A model generated the notes under the pieces. That model ran no database searches. It saw only the letters and a program-made list of their open reading frames with translations, and was not told the origin of the DNA. From an uncultured bacterium (GTDB taxonomy: Bacteria; UBP14; UBA6098), in the NCBI GenBank assembly GCA_964459995.1, contig CAYWOR010000001.1, positions 145,328 to 209,327 of the forward strand: a DNA stretch of 64,000 nt, read 5' to 3'. Numbering within the stretch: the first letter of the stretch is position 1; the number at the start of each line of letters is the position of its first letter. Shown in pieces: positions 19,353 to 28,375 of this stretch. The position numbers and the translations under genes are program-made.

Positions 19353-20141
19353 CTACTTTTGGTTAAGTAAATCTTTCATTTGATAAAATCCGATTTTGCC
19401 AAAAATAAATTCCGAGGCATCGAGTGCACCCGCGGCGAAAACCTCGCGCGAAATCGCGCTGTGCTCGATAGTAAGCGTCTCGAAGGGCATCGCGAAAATT
19501 ATCCGATGCTCCCCAACAATACCGCCGCCGCGAACCGCATTTATCCCAATCCGATCCTTTGGTCGGACTCCGGTATGCCCCTCGCGGCAATAAATAATAT
19601 CCCTTCCGAAATCCAGTCCTCTGGTTTCGCAAAGTCCGCGAGCCAAATCCAGAGCGGTTCCGCTGGGTGCGTCCGCCTTGTTCCGGTGATGCGATTCGAT
19701 TATCTCGATATCGGCCTCCGGAATTGCCCGCGCCATTTGTTTAGCAATTTCCGTGCAAAGGGCGATTCCGCGAGAGAAATTTTTCGCGAAGAAAACGCCT
19801 ATCTGTGCGGAGGCGTCGTTTAATTTTCTCAAAAGAGCGTCGTCGAGACCGGTTGTTCCACAGACAATCGAAGCCTTCGTGTCGAGAGCGAGGTCGATCG
19901 CCATTTCTGTTCCGTAAGGACTGCTAAAATCGATTATGACATCGAATTCGGTGCTTGTCTGCGTGACTGGAACCCCAATCTCGCCAATTCCGGCAATAAC
20001 TCCAACATCTGTGCCGATAAGTCCGCATTCCGGTCTGTCGAGTGCCGCCGCAACCGCGAATCTGCTGTCATTGGCGGCCAACGCGACGAGCATTCTGCCC
20101 ATTCGGCCGCAAGCGCCGTTTATGGCGAGACGTATGCTCAA
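19353..20141 (-). CDS. dapB: 4-hydroxy-tetrahydrodipicolinate reductase
   Basis: INGACGRMG, IDFSSP, GTTG, ESHHRNKADAPSGTA, VRGGGIVGEH. The TTG start overlaps the dapA stop (TTGA). Confidence 0.95.
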   Translation of the reverse strand: MSIRLAINGACGRMGRMLVALAANDSRFAVAAALDRPECGLIGTDVGVIAGIGEIGVPVTQTSTEFDVIIDFSSPYGTEMAIDLALDTKASIVCGTTGLDDALLRKLNDASAQIGVFFAKNFSRGIALCTEIAKQMARAIPEADIEIIESHHRNKADAPSGTALDLARGLCETRGLDFGRDIIYCREGHTGVRPKDRIGINAVRGGGIVGEHRIIFAMPFETLTIEHSAISREVFAAGALDASEFIFGKIGFYQMKDLLNQK

Positions 20142-21007
20142 AGGAGGCCGTATTCCTTGAGCGCGATTTCGAGTTTGCCCAAATTCGCAGAGGTCATTGC
20201 GCAGAGCGGTTGGCGGAAGGAGGGCGCGGGAATCATTCCGCAGAGCGACATTGCAGTTTTGAGCGGCACAGGGTTTCCCTCGATAAATAGCGCTTTCATC
20301 AGAGGGAACATCCGAATATGGAGCTTTGCCGCAGAAGAGAAATCCCCATCGAGTGCAAAATTGACCATTTCGGCAAAATCCGCGGGGACGAGATTGGCCG
20401 CTGTGGAAATGACACCCTTCGCGCCGATTGAAATCATCGGTACGGTGAGCGAATCGTCGCCGGAAAGCAAAGTGATTCCGCATCCAGAGATGATCTCGCT
20501 AACTGTATCCAGCGAGCCGGAAGCCTCTTTTATCGCCACAATATTTTTGTGTTCCGAAAGCGCGATAGTCGTGCTCGGTGCGATATTCGAGCCGGTTCTT
20601 CCGGGGACATTGTAAAGAATCGTCGGCAATCCGACATCGGCGATTTCGCGGAAATAGCTAACCATCGCGTGCTGGCTCGGTTTGTTGCCATAGGGCGTGA
20701 TTGCAAGAACACCATCGGCGCCGGCGGTTTTGGCCGCGAGGGTCATTTCGACCGCGGCCTTTGTGGATGGTGCACCTGTGCCGAGAAGAATCGGGTATGA
20801 AAAACCGGTTTCTTCGCGCACGGTATTCAGCATTTCGATTCTTTCGGCATTATCGAGTGTGAAACTCTCGCCGGTGCATCCCGAAAGAAGAATTGCGTCG
20901 GTGCCGGAATCTTTGTGAAGGCGTGCCAAGGACCGCAAAGCCCCGAAATCTACCCGCCCCTTATCATCGAAGGGGGTGATTATCGCTACGGTGGTTCCTT
21001 CGAACAT
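20138..21007 (-). CDS. dapA: 4-hydroxy-tetrahydrodipicolinate synthase
   Basis: AIITPF, GCTGE, LYNVPGRTG, IKEASG, SGDD, NPVPLK. Adjacent to dapB. Confidence 0.95.
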   Translation of the reverse strand: MFEGTTVAIITPFDDKGRVDFGALRSLARLHKDSGTDAILLSGCTGESFTLDNAERIEMLNTVREETGFSYPILLGTGAPSTKAAVEMTLAAKTAGADGVLAITPYGNKPSQHAMVSYFREIADVGLPTILYNVPGRTGSNIAPSTTIALSEHKNIVAIKEASGSLDTVSEIISGCGITLLSGDDSLTVPMISIGAKGVISTAANLVPADFAEMVNFALDGDFSSAAKLHIRMFPLMKALFIEGNPVPLKTAMSLCGMIPAPSFRQPLCAMTSANLGKLEIALKEYGLL

Positions 21008-21038
21008 ATCAGCTCCATTTGTTCATATACATTCATAT

Positions 21039-21067
21039 AATAAAGCTATTTGCAACGCATTTGTCAA
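21039..21067 (-). promoter_or_regulatory. Putative sigma70 promoter for the dapA operon
   Basis: TTGACA-17-TTTATT on the minus strand. Confidence 0.5.
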
Positions 21068-21194
21068 GCGCTATCGGGCATGTTATTGTCGGAATAGGCC
21101 ATTACAAAACGAAATATTTAAGAGCACAAGACAAGCGAAAGCATCGCCCGCCATTTTTTTAATCCCGGCATATTTAAAGTTAGACAAAAAAACG

Positions 21195-21223
21195 TTGACT
21201 CGAATTGCTCAGAGGCATATATT
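21195..21223 (+). promoter_or_regulatory. Putative sigma70 promoter
   Basis: TTGACT-17-TATATT upstream of RBS AAGGAG and ATG 21268. Confidence 0.7.
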
Positions 21224-21267
21224 GCCTTGTTGATTAGTGTAAAACATGCTCTTAATAAGGAGATGAC

Positions 21268-23283
21268 ATGATTCTAAGCAAAATAAGCCTCAGATTCGCT
21301 TTGATAGGGCTTTTGATGGCGACAATGCTCCTTTTCGTTGGATGCTCCGAAAGCACCGATGAGGATGCCGTAAAAGATAATACCTATTGGACTTTGGTTC
21401 AAGTCGAAGAAATCCAAATGCCCGGTGCTGTGTGGCCTTTGGCTCATGAGCAGGCAATTGTCGGGGCGAACAATGAGCATGTTTATCTTACCAACGACGG
21501 CGGTCTAAGCTGGAGTGTCGTCACAATCAATCCCTCCACCGGCAGAATGGCTTCGGATATATATTTCGCCGGAACCCGTGGAATTATGATTGGTCTTCGG
21601 GGCATGCTTTATACGACCACAAATAACGGTCAGTCTTGGACGAACGCATTCCCGACGGGAGTTCCTGCAGGAGACCTGACGAGAATTATCGCCCCTGCTA
21701 CCGGCGGAAACAACCCTCTATATATCTGCGGAGACGAAGGTATCCTTCTCAAATCTATCGATGGCGGTGCGAACTGGCAGTATATCGATCTTCAAATCGG
21801 TAAGTTCTTCGAGGATTTCCCAATAATCGACTCGGAAACCGGCGAAACGCTTCGCACAGTCGATACAACTCTCTATGTTACGCAGGAAAAACTAAGCTTC
21901 ACAAGCGGATGGGCGCCGAATTCTAATCTCATATATCTTCTCGCCGATACGCTTCAGACAGACAGCGAATTCTATATTCTGCGTTCGGCTTCCGGCGGCG
22001 CGCCCGGAACATGGGACATGCTCGTTATGAATACTCCGGTTAAATGGTTCGATATTTATACCTTCAATGATACGAGCGGAATCATGATAACCAACGGCGA
22101 GGTCGATTATGTTACGATTCGCGACACGATGGTTTCGAGATCGCTCAATGAATACATCCCCGGCGGCGCCGCGCTGAAAAAGATGGTTTTCACAAATAGC
22201 GATATCGGATGGATTATCGGCGCTGGCGGAACTGTTACGAAGAGCACCAACAGCGGCCACGACTGGAGAAAGATCGATGTCGATGTTACAGGTATCATCA
22301 ACGATATCAGTTTCCTGAACACCAATGAAGGTTGGCTTGTCGGCAATGACGTTTCCAGAAATTCTGGTGCGATTAAGCTTACAACCGACGGCGGAGCGAC
22401 ATGGAATTTCAGAAGCTACGGTATCGGCGGGGTTAATCTCAACGCCGTCCATTTCATCTCCTCCCAGCAGGGATGGATTACCGGCAAATCCGGACGTATC
22501 GCCCGCACTACCGACGGCGGAAATACTTGGCTTCATCAGGATGCCAATACTTCGAGATCGTTGCAGGATGTGTATTTCACGAATGCCAACACCGGTTGGG
22601 CGGTGGGATTCTCGGCTTCCTCTGATGTCGATACTTTCGCGACCATTCTTCATACCTCAAATGGCGGCATCACTTGGAATTCGGTCGATAGCCTTTTCGG
22701 ATATAGGCTAAATAATGTTAAAGCCTTGAACCCGACCACTGCAATCGCTGTGGGCAATAACGGCCTAATTCTCAAATCGACCGACTGGAGTGTTCCGAAG
22801 AATTCCGGAGTGGCTTTCGAACTGTTCGGTCTCGATGTTGTCGATGCGAATCTCATATTTGCCTGCGGCCAGGGCGGCACAATTCTCAAATCCACCGATG
22901 GCGGCGAGACATGGAATCAGCTTAATTCTGGAACGAATCAATCGCTATTGTCGATCGATATGGTCGATGCGAATGTTGGTTATGCCTGCGGAAATCTCGG
23001 CACCGTGCTCAAAACCACTAATGGCGGCGTAAATTGGACACTGCTCGAATTGCCGCGGCACAGCTCGAGCGTTTACAAATCCGTCGCTTTCTCCGATTCC
23101 CAGACCGGTTGGATTATCGGGTTCTTCGGCTATATTCTTCACACTGCCGACGGCGGCGAGACATGGTATCGCCAACTCGAAGGTTTCAGCGAGGAAACTT
23201 TGAACGATGTCTTCATACTCGATTCCAACAATGCTTGGATAGTCGGCAACGGCGGAATTCTGCTGGAGCTTGGTAGAAATTAG
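21268..23283 (+). CDS. YCF48-like / BNR (Asp-box) repeat beta-propeller lipoprotein
   Basis: Lipobox LFVGC. Many (S/T)xDGGxxW repeats with GWxVG strands, probably two propellers. Confidence 0.88.
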   Translation: MILSKISLRFALIGLLMATMLLFVGCSESTDEDAVKDNTYWTLVQVEEIQMPGAVWPLAHEQAIVGANNEHVYLTNDGGLSWSVVTINPSTGRMASDIYFAGTRGIMIGLRGMLYTTTNNGQSWTNAFPTGVPAGDLTRIIAPATGGNNPLYICGDEGILLKSIDGGANWQYIDLQIGKFFEDFPIIDSETGETLRTVDTTLYVTQEKLSFTSGWAPNSNLIYLLADTLQTDSEFYILRSASGGAPGTWDMLVMNTPVKWFDIYTFNDTSGIMITNGEVDYVTIRDTMVSRSLNEYIPGGAALKKMVFTNSDIGWIIGAGGTVTKSTNSGHDWRKIDVDVTGIINDISFLNTNEGWLVGNDVSRNSGAIKLTTDGGATWNFRSYGIGGVNLNAVHFISSQQGWITGKSGRIARTTDGGNTWLHQDANTSRSLQDVYFTNANTGWAVGFSASSDVDTFATILHTSNGGITWNSVDSLFGYRLNNVKALNPTTAIAVGNNGLILKSTDWSVPKNSGVAFELFGLDVVDANLIFACGQGGTILKSTDGGETWNQLNSGTNQSLLSIDMVDANVGYACGNLGTVLKTTNGGVNWTLLELPRHSSSVYKSVAFSDSQTGWIIGFFGYILHTADGGETWYRQLEGFSEETLNDVFILDSNNAWIVGNGGILLELGRN

Positions 23284-23305
23284 GTTTCACTCAGATAGGT
23301 TTTCG

Positions 23306-23332
23306 AAGCCCCCTTCATTGGGGGCTTTTTTT
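23306..23332 (+). terminator. Rho-independent terminator
   Basis: AAGCCCCC-TTCATT-GGGGGCTT-TTTTT. Confidence 0.85.
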
Positions 23333-23416
23333 GTGTTCTATCGCAATTGTTGGGATTGATGAAGCTGGACTGGAAGACTTGAAATGGCTATAGGATGAAA
23401 TTCACTTCGGAGAGAT

Positions 23417-24679
23417 TCATCGTTTCGCCGGTGTTTTCAGCGGCAGAAGGACGAAATAGCCGGAAGCAATCAGTAAAAGTAATGATACGACTGCGCCTCG
23501 ATAGGCGATATTCTCCCCGAGCGGTTCGAGGACAAGAACCACAATTCCCCAGATAAGCGGCCCGACGATTGCGGCGGCCTTGCCGGACAGCGAAAAAAGG
23601 CCGAAAAATCTTCCGACTGCCTCCGGAGGGGCAAGCTCGACCAAAAGCGGACGCGCCGCGGTTGGAACTCCTCCAAGCAATGCGCCAATGAACACGCCGA
23701 GAATATAGAAGGGCAATTCACTCGTAACCGGCAACAGCAGAACAAGGCTAATTATCCATCCCACAAGCACATACGACAAAATACGTTTCGCCGAATATGT
23801 GTCTGTGAGCCTTCCGAAAATCCACGACCCTATCGCCGCACCGATTGTCGAAATGATAAAAAACGGCACCTTCGAGGAATCGGGCATCCCCATCGCCTTC
23901 TGAGAATAAACCGCCATGAAAACGATAGCGGTCTGAATGCCCTCTTGGAATAGAAAATTCGCAAGGAGAAAACGGCGTATTCCGGGATATTTTTTGGAAT
24001 CGCGAAGGGTCTCGATAATCTTCTCGAAGGGGTTTTCCTTTGCGGCCATCGGCTGGGGTTTCGATTTTTCGCGCACCCATATAAAGGTCGGCAACGAAAA
24101 TAAGAAAAAAAGTATCGCGGATGGAACAAAGGTAGCAGATCTTCCACCAGCCGCTATGAAAGGCACATCCCACCCCAGAAGAGTGCCCTCGTTGAAGGGC
24201 ATAACGATGAGCATCCCGAAAATCGCGCCGACATATCCCAGCGCGACTCCGACCCCGCTAACCCATCCCATTTTCCCCGCCGGCGCGATGTCCGGCAGAA
24301 GCGAGTTATAGAACACGAGGCCAAGATGATAGCTGGTATTTGCGACAACGAAAAGTGCGAGCAATAGAAATGCGCTTTGCCCGTGCCCCGCGGCGATGCC
24401 TATCAACGCGGTTGTCGCGCAACAGAGAAAGGTCGCGAAGAATAAAGAGGGTTTCCTTCGCCCGACGATGTCGGTTCGTTGTCCTAGAAGGGGCGAAAGA
24501 AGGACGACCAGAATCATCGATATGCTTGTCGCGAGGCTGTAGTGGAGAGGCTTTTTGCCGAGAGTGTCGATGATGTAAACCGCAAAATAAAGCGAGACGA
24601 CATTCATGGAAAAAATCGTGTCGGCGAAATCGAACATCGCCCACGCGAAAATTCTTCCCTTGGATGTCGGCTGGGTCAT
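23417..24679 (-). CDS. MFS transporter (UMF1/ATG22-like)
   Basis: AWAMFDFA, FYNSLLP, GWVSGVGVALGYVG, GRFFGLF...GKAAAIVGP; about 12 TM helices. Confidence 0.88.
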   Translation of the reverse strand: MTQPTSKGRIFAWAMFDFADTIFSMNVVSLYFAVYIIDTLGKKPLHYSLATSISMILVVLLSPLLGQRTDIVGRRKPSLFFATFLCCATTALIGIAAGHGQSAFLLLALFVVANTSYHLGLVFYNSLLPDIAPAGKMGWVSGVGVALGYVGAIFGMLIVMPFNEGTLLGWDVPFIAAGGRSATFVPSAILFFLFSLPTFIWVREKSKPQPMAAKENPFEKIIETLRDSKKYPGIRRFLLANFLFQEGIQTAIVFMAVYSQKAMGMPDSSKVPFFIISTIGAAIGSWIFGRLTDTYSAKRILSYVLVGWIISLVLLLPVTSELPFYILGVFIGALLGGVPTAARPLLVELAPPEAVGRFFGLFSLSGKAAAIVGPLIWGIVVLVLEPLGENIAYRGAVVSLLLLIASGYFVLLPLKTPAKR

Positions 24680-24682
24680 CGG

Positions 24683-25234
24683 TTAAAGCCCCAGTTCCGA
24701 ATCGATTGACTGCATCGCTTTGAGCGTGATTTCCACGAACTCTTCCAGGTCGATGCCGATTTTGGCGCATTTGCGAATCTGGTCGCGATCGACATTAGCG
24801 GAGAAGCGCTTTTCATCGAAACGGCGCATCAGAAAATCCATGTCGAGCGATTTGAGCTTGCGATCGGGGTGCATCAGCGTTGCCGAGATGACGAGTCCGG
24901 TAAGCCCATCGACCGCGTGAAGCGCCCAATCCATGGGACTTTCCGGCGGACAGGATTCGTGGGCGGGGTGTGCTTTGACCGCGTGGACGATGTCCGGGTC
25001 CACGCCCTCTGCCTCGAGCATTTCTGCGGAAAGATTCCCGTGGCGGGCGAAATCGTGCTCGGTTCGGTCATAATCGAGGTCGTGGAGAAGTCCTGCAAGC
25101 GCCCATTTTTCGGGGTCTTCGTCGAGTCTTAGCGCGAGGGCTTTCATTGCGGCCTCCGCGGCAAGCATATGCTTGATAAGGTTCTTTTTTGCGACATTTT
25201 TCTCGACGAGTGCGAGGGCTTCTTCGCGGGTCAT
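24683..25234 (-). CDS. HD-domain (HDIG-type) predicted phosphohydrolase
   Basis: MTREEAL...KHMLA...GLLHDLDY...H...AVDGLTG. RBS GGGAGG before ATG 25234. Confidence 0.85.
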   Translation of the reverse strand: MTREEALALVEKNVAKKNLIKHMLAAEAAMKALALRLDEDPEKWALAGLLHDLDYDRTEHDFARHGNLSAEMLEAEGVDPDIVHAVKAHPAHESCPPESPMDWALHAVDGLTGLVISATLMHPDRKLKSLDMDFLMRRFDEKRFSANVDRDQIRKCAKIGIDLEEFVEITLKAMQSIDSELGL

Positions 25235-25255
25235 TTTGCCTCCCGTTTTTCGGAT

Positions 25256-25284
25256 AAGATAGTTGCGCAAGACCACTTTGGCAA
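25256..25284 (-). promoter_or_regulatory. Putative sigma70 promoter
   Basis: TTGCCA-17-TATCTT on the minus strand. Confidence 0.55.
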
Positions 25285-25330
25285 GTCAAACTCCCGTTTT
25301 TTGACGGACGAACCATTGGAGTTGCGAAAA

Positions 25331-25430
25331 GGTTGCATCAAATGTATTCAAATAGTGTAAAATTGCATACATTTGCATGCAATTGTATGCAAATAGAATA
25401 CAATTGCATCAGATAGAATCAAATCTAACA
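25331..25430. repeat. Degenerate ~10-bp tandem array (consensus near AATTGCATNC) containing a 30-bp near-perfect palindrome
   Basis: Units ggttgcatca/aatgtattca/aatagtgtaa/aattgcatac/atttgcatgc/aattgtatgc/aaatagaata/caattgcatc/agatagaatc. Palindrome at 25363-25392. Confidence 0.7.
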
Positions 25431-25554
25431 AAAAAAAATGGCGACACTCAAATTCTGCGTCCGCTAATTTCGATTTTCCAACGCCCACTTCAATTTCCCA
25501 TTTCGTTGTGCGGAAAATCGGCGTTCACAAACTGTGGTTTTGAATATATATAGG

Positions 25555-25583
25555 TTGCGATTCTGGGCAAATAAATTTATTTT
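25555..25583 (+). promoter_or_regulatory. Putative sigma70 promoter, possibly giving a leaderless mRNA
   Basis: TTGCGA-17-TATTTT, 8 nt before ATG 25592, with no SD. Confidence 0.45.
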
Positions 25584-25591
25584 AATAAATT

Positions 25592-26710
25592 ATGAAAAAA
25601 CTCATCGCAATATTATTACCGTTGGTTTTCATGGGTTGCGCCGGTGTGATTCGAGTTCCCGAGCCCGATGTCCAAACCGTTCCATGGCCGGTTCCGCGCG
25701 GAGACTGCATGAACTGGGCCTCTGCCGGAAGGGATGAGGGCGGTCTTGTCGAACTATGGCGTATCAAGCTGAAAGTGCCGATTATCGCGACACCGGTAGC
25801 CGGCGACGGCGCTGTGTTCATAGGCACAGGCACGCGCCGTGTGATCGCGGTGAACGCAAACACCGGCAAGCGAATCGGCAAGATGTGGACGGATGTTGCA
25901 GTCGAGGACGGCATGGCCTATTCGGACGGCAGGCTGGTTATCGGTGGCAGAAGCATTTACAACAAGCTGAGATGCTACGATGTTTTTCGAAGCGAGTTTG
26001 TTTGGACGAAGAAGAGCGACAGAGCGGCTTCAGCGCCGGTTGTTTGCGGCGGACGAGTTTTCTATTCGACCGCAAAGGGCGCTCTTTTCGCTCTCGAACT
26101 CGAAACCGGCGAAAGAATATGGCGCAAAGAGCTTAAGGACGCGGTTATCGAGCACGAACCGGCATTTCGTGACAGCTTGCTTTTTGTCGTCGATCAAAAT
26201 GGGATGTTCTATTGCATCGACGCCGATTCGGGCGATGAGGTTTGGTCACTGAAAGTCCCTACGAGCGCTTCAGGGCCGCCTGTGGTAATCCCCGACCATG
26301 TGATTTTGCCGACCCACTCCGGCAGAATTCTCGTTATAACGCTCGACGGCAGAGTTCGAGTCGAGATAGATGCCCCCGGTGAGCTTATCGCGCCGATTTC
26401 CTGTGGAGGCCCTACAGTTTTCGGTGTAACTCGTCGCGGAGTGGCTTTTGCAGGGGATTTGGGCGAGGGCGGAATTTTGTGGCAATCGAATATCGAAGAG
26501 CCATCCCTTTGCGGAACGGTGATTTGGGGCACGGACATTGTAACGATAGGCGCTTCGGGGCGGATTTCGCTCATCGATTACGGCAATGGCGAGATAACAT
26601 CGCAAATCGAAACGAAAGCCTTCATCACCGCAGGGCCGATAATCTACGACTCGAAGCTTTTTGTGGCGACCTCGGAGGGCGAGCTTATCGCCATCGGCAG
26701 AAAAAATTAG
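25592..26710 (+). CDS. PQQ-like beta-propeller lipoprotein (BamB-like)
   Basis: Lipobox VFMGC. Repeats AVNANTGKRIGK, ALELETGERIW, CIDADSGDEVW. Confidence 0.85.
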   Translation: MKKLIAILLPLVFMGCAGVIRVPEPDVQTVPWPVPRGDCMNWASAGRDEGGLVELWRIKLKVPIIATPVAGDGAVFIGTGTRRVIAVNANTGKRIGKMWTDVAVEDGMAYSDGRLVIGGRSIYNKLRCYDVFRSEFVWTKKSDRAASAPVVCGGRVFYSTAKGALFALELETGERIWRKELKDAVIEHEPAFRDSLLFVVDQNGMFYCIDADSGDEVWSLKVPTSASGPPVVIPDHVILPTHSGRILVITLDGRVRVEIDAPGELIAPISCGGPTVFGVTRRGVAFAGDLGEGGILWQSNIEEPSLCGTVIWGTDIVTIGASGRISLIDYGNGEITSQIETKAFITAGPIIYDSKLFVATSEGELIAIGRKN

Positions 26711-26724
26711 AACGGAGTTATAAA

Positions 26725-28329
26725 ATGAACGATAACTATCTTGAAAACATCGACCCGACCGACCATCGCGCGGTTCGTCTCGCGAAGGCCGACTATCTTC
26801 GCAAATCCGGCATCGACCCATATCCGGCGAGAACTCCGGATGGGCGCGTTACAATCGAATCGATTCGTAATGATTGGAAGAATGCTGTTCAGCAAACCGA
26901 CGAGAACCACCAAGTTTCGCGCCATGGTGCGATTAGACGCCTTGCGGGACGCATAACCGCAGTTCGGTCGCACGGCAAATCCTCATTTGTGGCTATTCAG
27001 GACGGCACCGGTAGCTTTCAGTTGTATTTCAAAAAGAACACGGTCGAGGAAAAAATGGCTGACGAATCGGCCTATGACCGCATCAAAGAGCTTGATATCG
27101 GCGATTTTGTAACAGCAGAGGGCGAGCTTTTCACCACGCGCACCGGCGAGGCGACTCTCGCTGTGCATAACTGGCAGATGCTCTCGAAATCGCTCCTGCC
27201 GATGCCGGAAAAATACCACGGCCTCACGGACCCGGATTTGCGCCTGCGACAGCGCTATCTCGACCTTCTTGCGAACCCTGAAGTCAAGCGAAACCTGACA
27301 ATCCGCGCGCTTGTAATCCGCACGATTCGGGAGTTTCTCGAGGCAGAGGGTTATATCGAACTGGAAACCCCTGCGTTGACACCTCTCTACGGCGGTGCGG
27401 CGGCAAGACCGTTTATGACGCACCATAACGCGCTGGATATCGGGCTGTATCTGCGCATCGCGACGGAGCTTTACCTTAAGAGGCTTATCGTTGGCGGATT
27501 TGAGCGAGTTTACGAGATGGGGAAAGTCTTTCGCAATGAGGGGGTCGATCGCGACCATAATCCTGAGTTCACACTTCTCGAACTGTATGAGGCGTATGCC
27601 GACTACAACCGGATGATGGAGCTTGCAGAGGGCTTGGTTATAGCTTCTGCGCGGGTGGTGGCGGAGTTTCAGAGCATAAATCCGCTTGTCGATAAAGAGG
27701 GTGCGGAGTTGCCGAATTGCCTCAAAGTGTCTGATGATAAGGTTTTCATGTGTTTGGATGGCGCGGATGTGCCGATCGAGAGACCGTTTCCGCGTAAATC
27801 CTTTGTTGAGGCCATTCTTAACGCGACCGAAATCGATGTCCTTTGCGCCGAAAAGGGCGACCTTGTGGCATATTTCAAAAAGCACGACATCGATTTCAAC
27901 CCGAATCTGCCCTACTGGCCGCTTGTCGATAAGCTTTTCTCGGAGACCGTGGAGCCAAAGCTTGTCGAGCCGATATTCCTAATCGATTATCCTGTGGGGC
28001 TTTCGCCGCTGGCAAAGCGCAAAAGCGACAATTCCGAATTGACAGAACGATTTGAACTATTCATCATGGGCAAAGAAATCGCGAACGCTTTCAGCGAGCT
28101 TAACGACCCTATAGATCAGCGCGCGCGAATGGAATATCAGGTTGAACAGGCCAAACATGGCGACGAGGACGCGCCAAATGTTGTTGACGAGGATTTTCTT
28201 ACCGCGCTCGAGCATGGAATGCCGCCCACGGGCGGAATGGGGGTCGGGATAGGCCGTCTGGTGGCGATTTTGGCGGGTGCTCATGCAATAAAAGATGTAA
28301 TCCCCTTCCCGCTGGTCAAGCCGAGATAA
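26725..28329 (+). CDS. lysS: Lysine--tRNA ligase (class II)
   Basis: LAGRI...HGK, RQRYLDL, YGGAAARPF, YLRIATELYLKRL, FRNEG, HNPEFT, GMPPTGG. Start moved to ATG 26725 after GGAG. Confidence 0.97.
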   Translation: MNDNYLENIDPTDHRAVRLAKADYLRKSGIDPYPARTPDGRVTIESIRNDWKNAVQQTDENHQVSRHGAIRRLAGRITAVRSHGKSSFVAIQDGTGSFQLYFKKNTVEEKMADESAYDRIKELDIGDFVTAEGELFTTRTGEATLAVHNWQMLSKSLLPMPEKYHGLTDPDLRLRQRYLDLLANPEVKRNLTIRALVIRTIREFLEAEGYIELETPALTPLYGGAAARPFMTHHNALDIGLYLRIATELYLKRLIVGGFERVYEMGKVFRNEGVDRDHNPEFTLLELYEAYADYNRMMELAEGLVIASARVVAEFQSINPLVDKEGAELPNCLKVSDDKVFMCLDGADVPIERPFPRKSFVEAILNATEIDVLCAEKGDLVAYFKKHDIDFNPNLPYWPLVDKLFSETVEPKLVEPIFLIDYPVGLSPLAKRKSDNSELTERFELFIMGKEIANAFSELNDPIDQRARMEYQVEQAKHGDEDAPNVVDEDFLTALEHGMPPTGGMGVGIGRLVAILAGAHAIKDVIPFPLVKPR

Positions 28330-28375
28330 GTCGATAACTAATTGTCAAATAAATACTTATGTGGAAGGCAATAAT

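Noticed and set aside
19353-20483. Apparent N-terminal extensions in the ORF track (dapB, lysS, 16495-17709, 43469-45523, 51087-55385, 34436-35224)
   Set aside because: The extensions overlap upstream genes. Downstream starts with an RBS or stop/start coupling give the expected N-termini.
21008-21267. Lysine riboswitch upstream of dapA
   Set aside because: The predicted promoter leaves only about 25 nt of leader, and I see no L-box core motifs.
21268-23283. Photosystem II assembly function for the YCF48-like protein
   Set aside because: It is a generic Asp-box propeller common in FCB genomes, and there are no photosynthesis genes here.
25331-25430. CRISPR array or oriC
   Set aside because: The units are 10 bp, degenerate and lack spacers. 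There are no cas genes, no clear TTATCCACA boxes and no dnaA nearby.
28330-28375. Fur box or cobalamin riboswitch before the TonB-dependent receptor
   Set aside because: The gap is only 46 nt, and GATAACTAATTGTC matches the Fur consensus poorly, with the wrong spacing.
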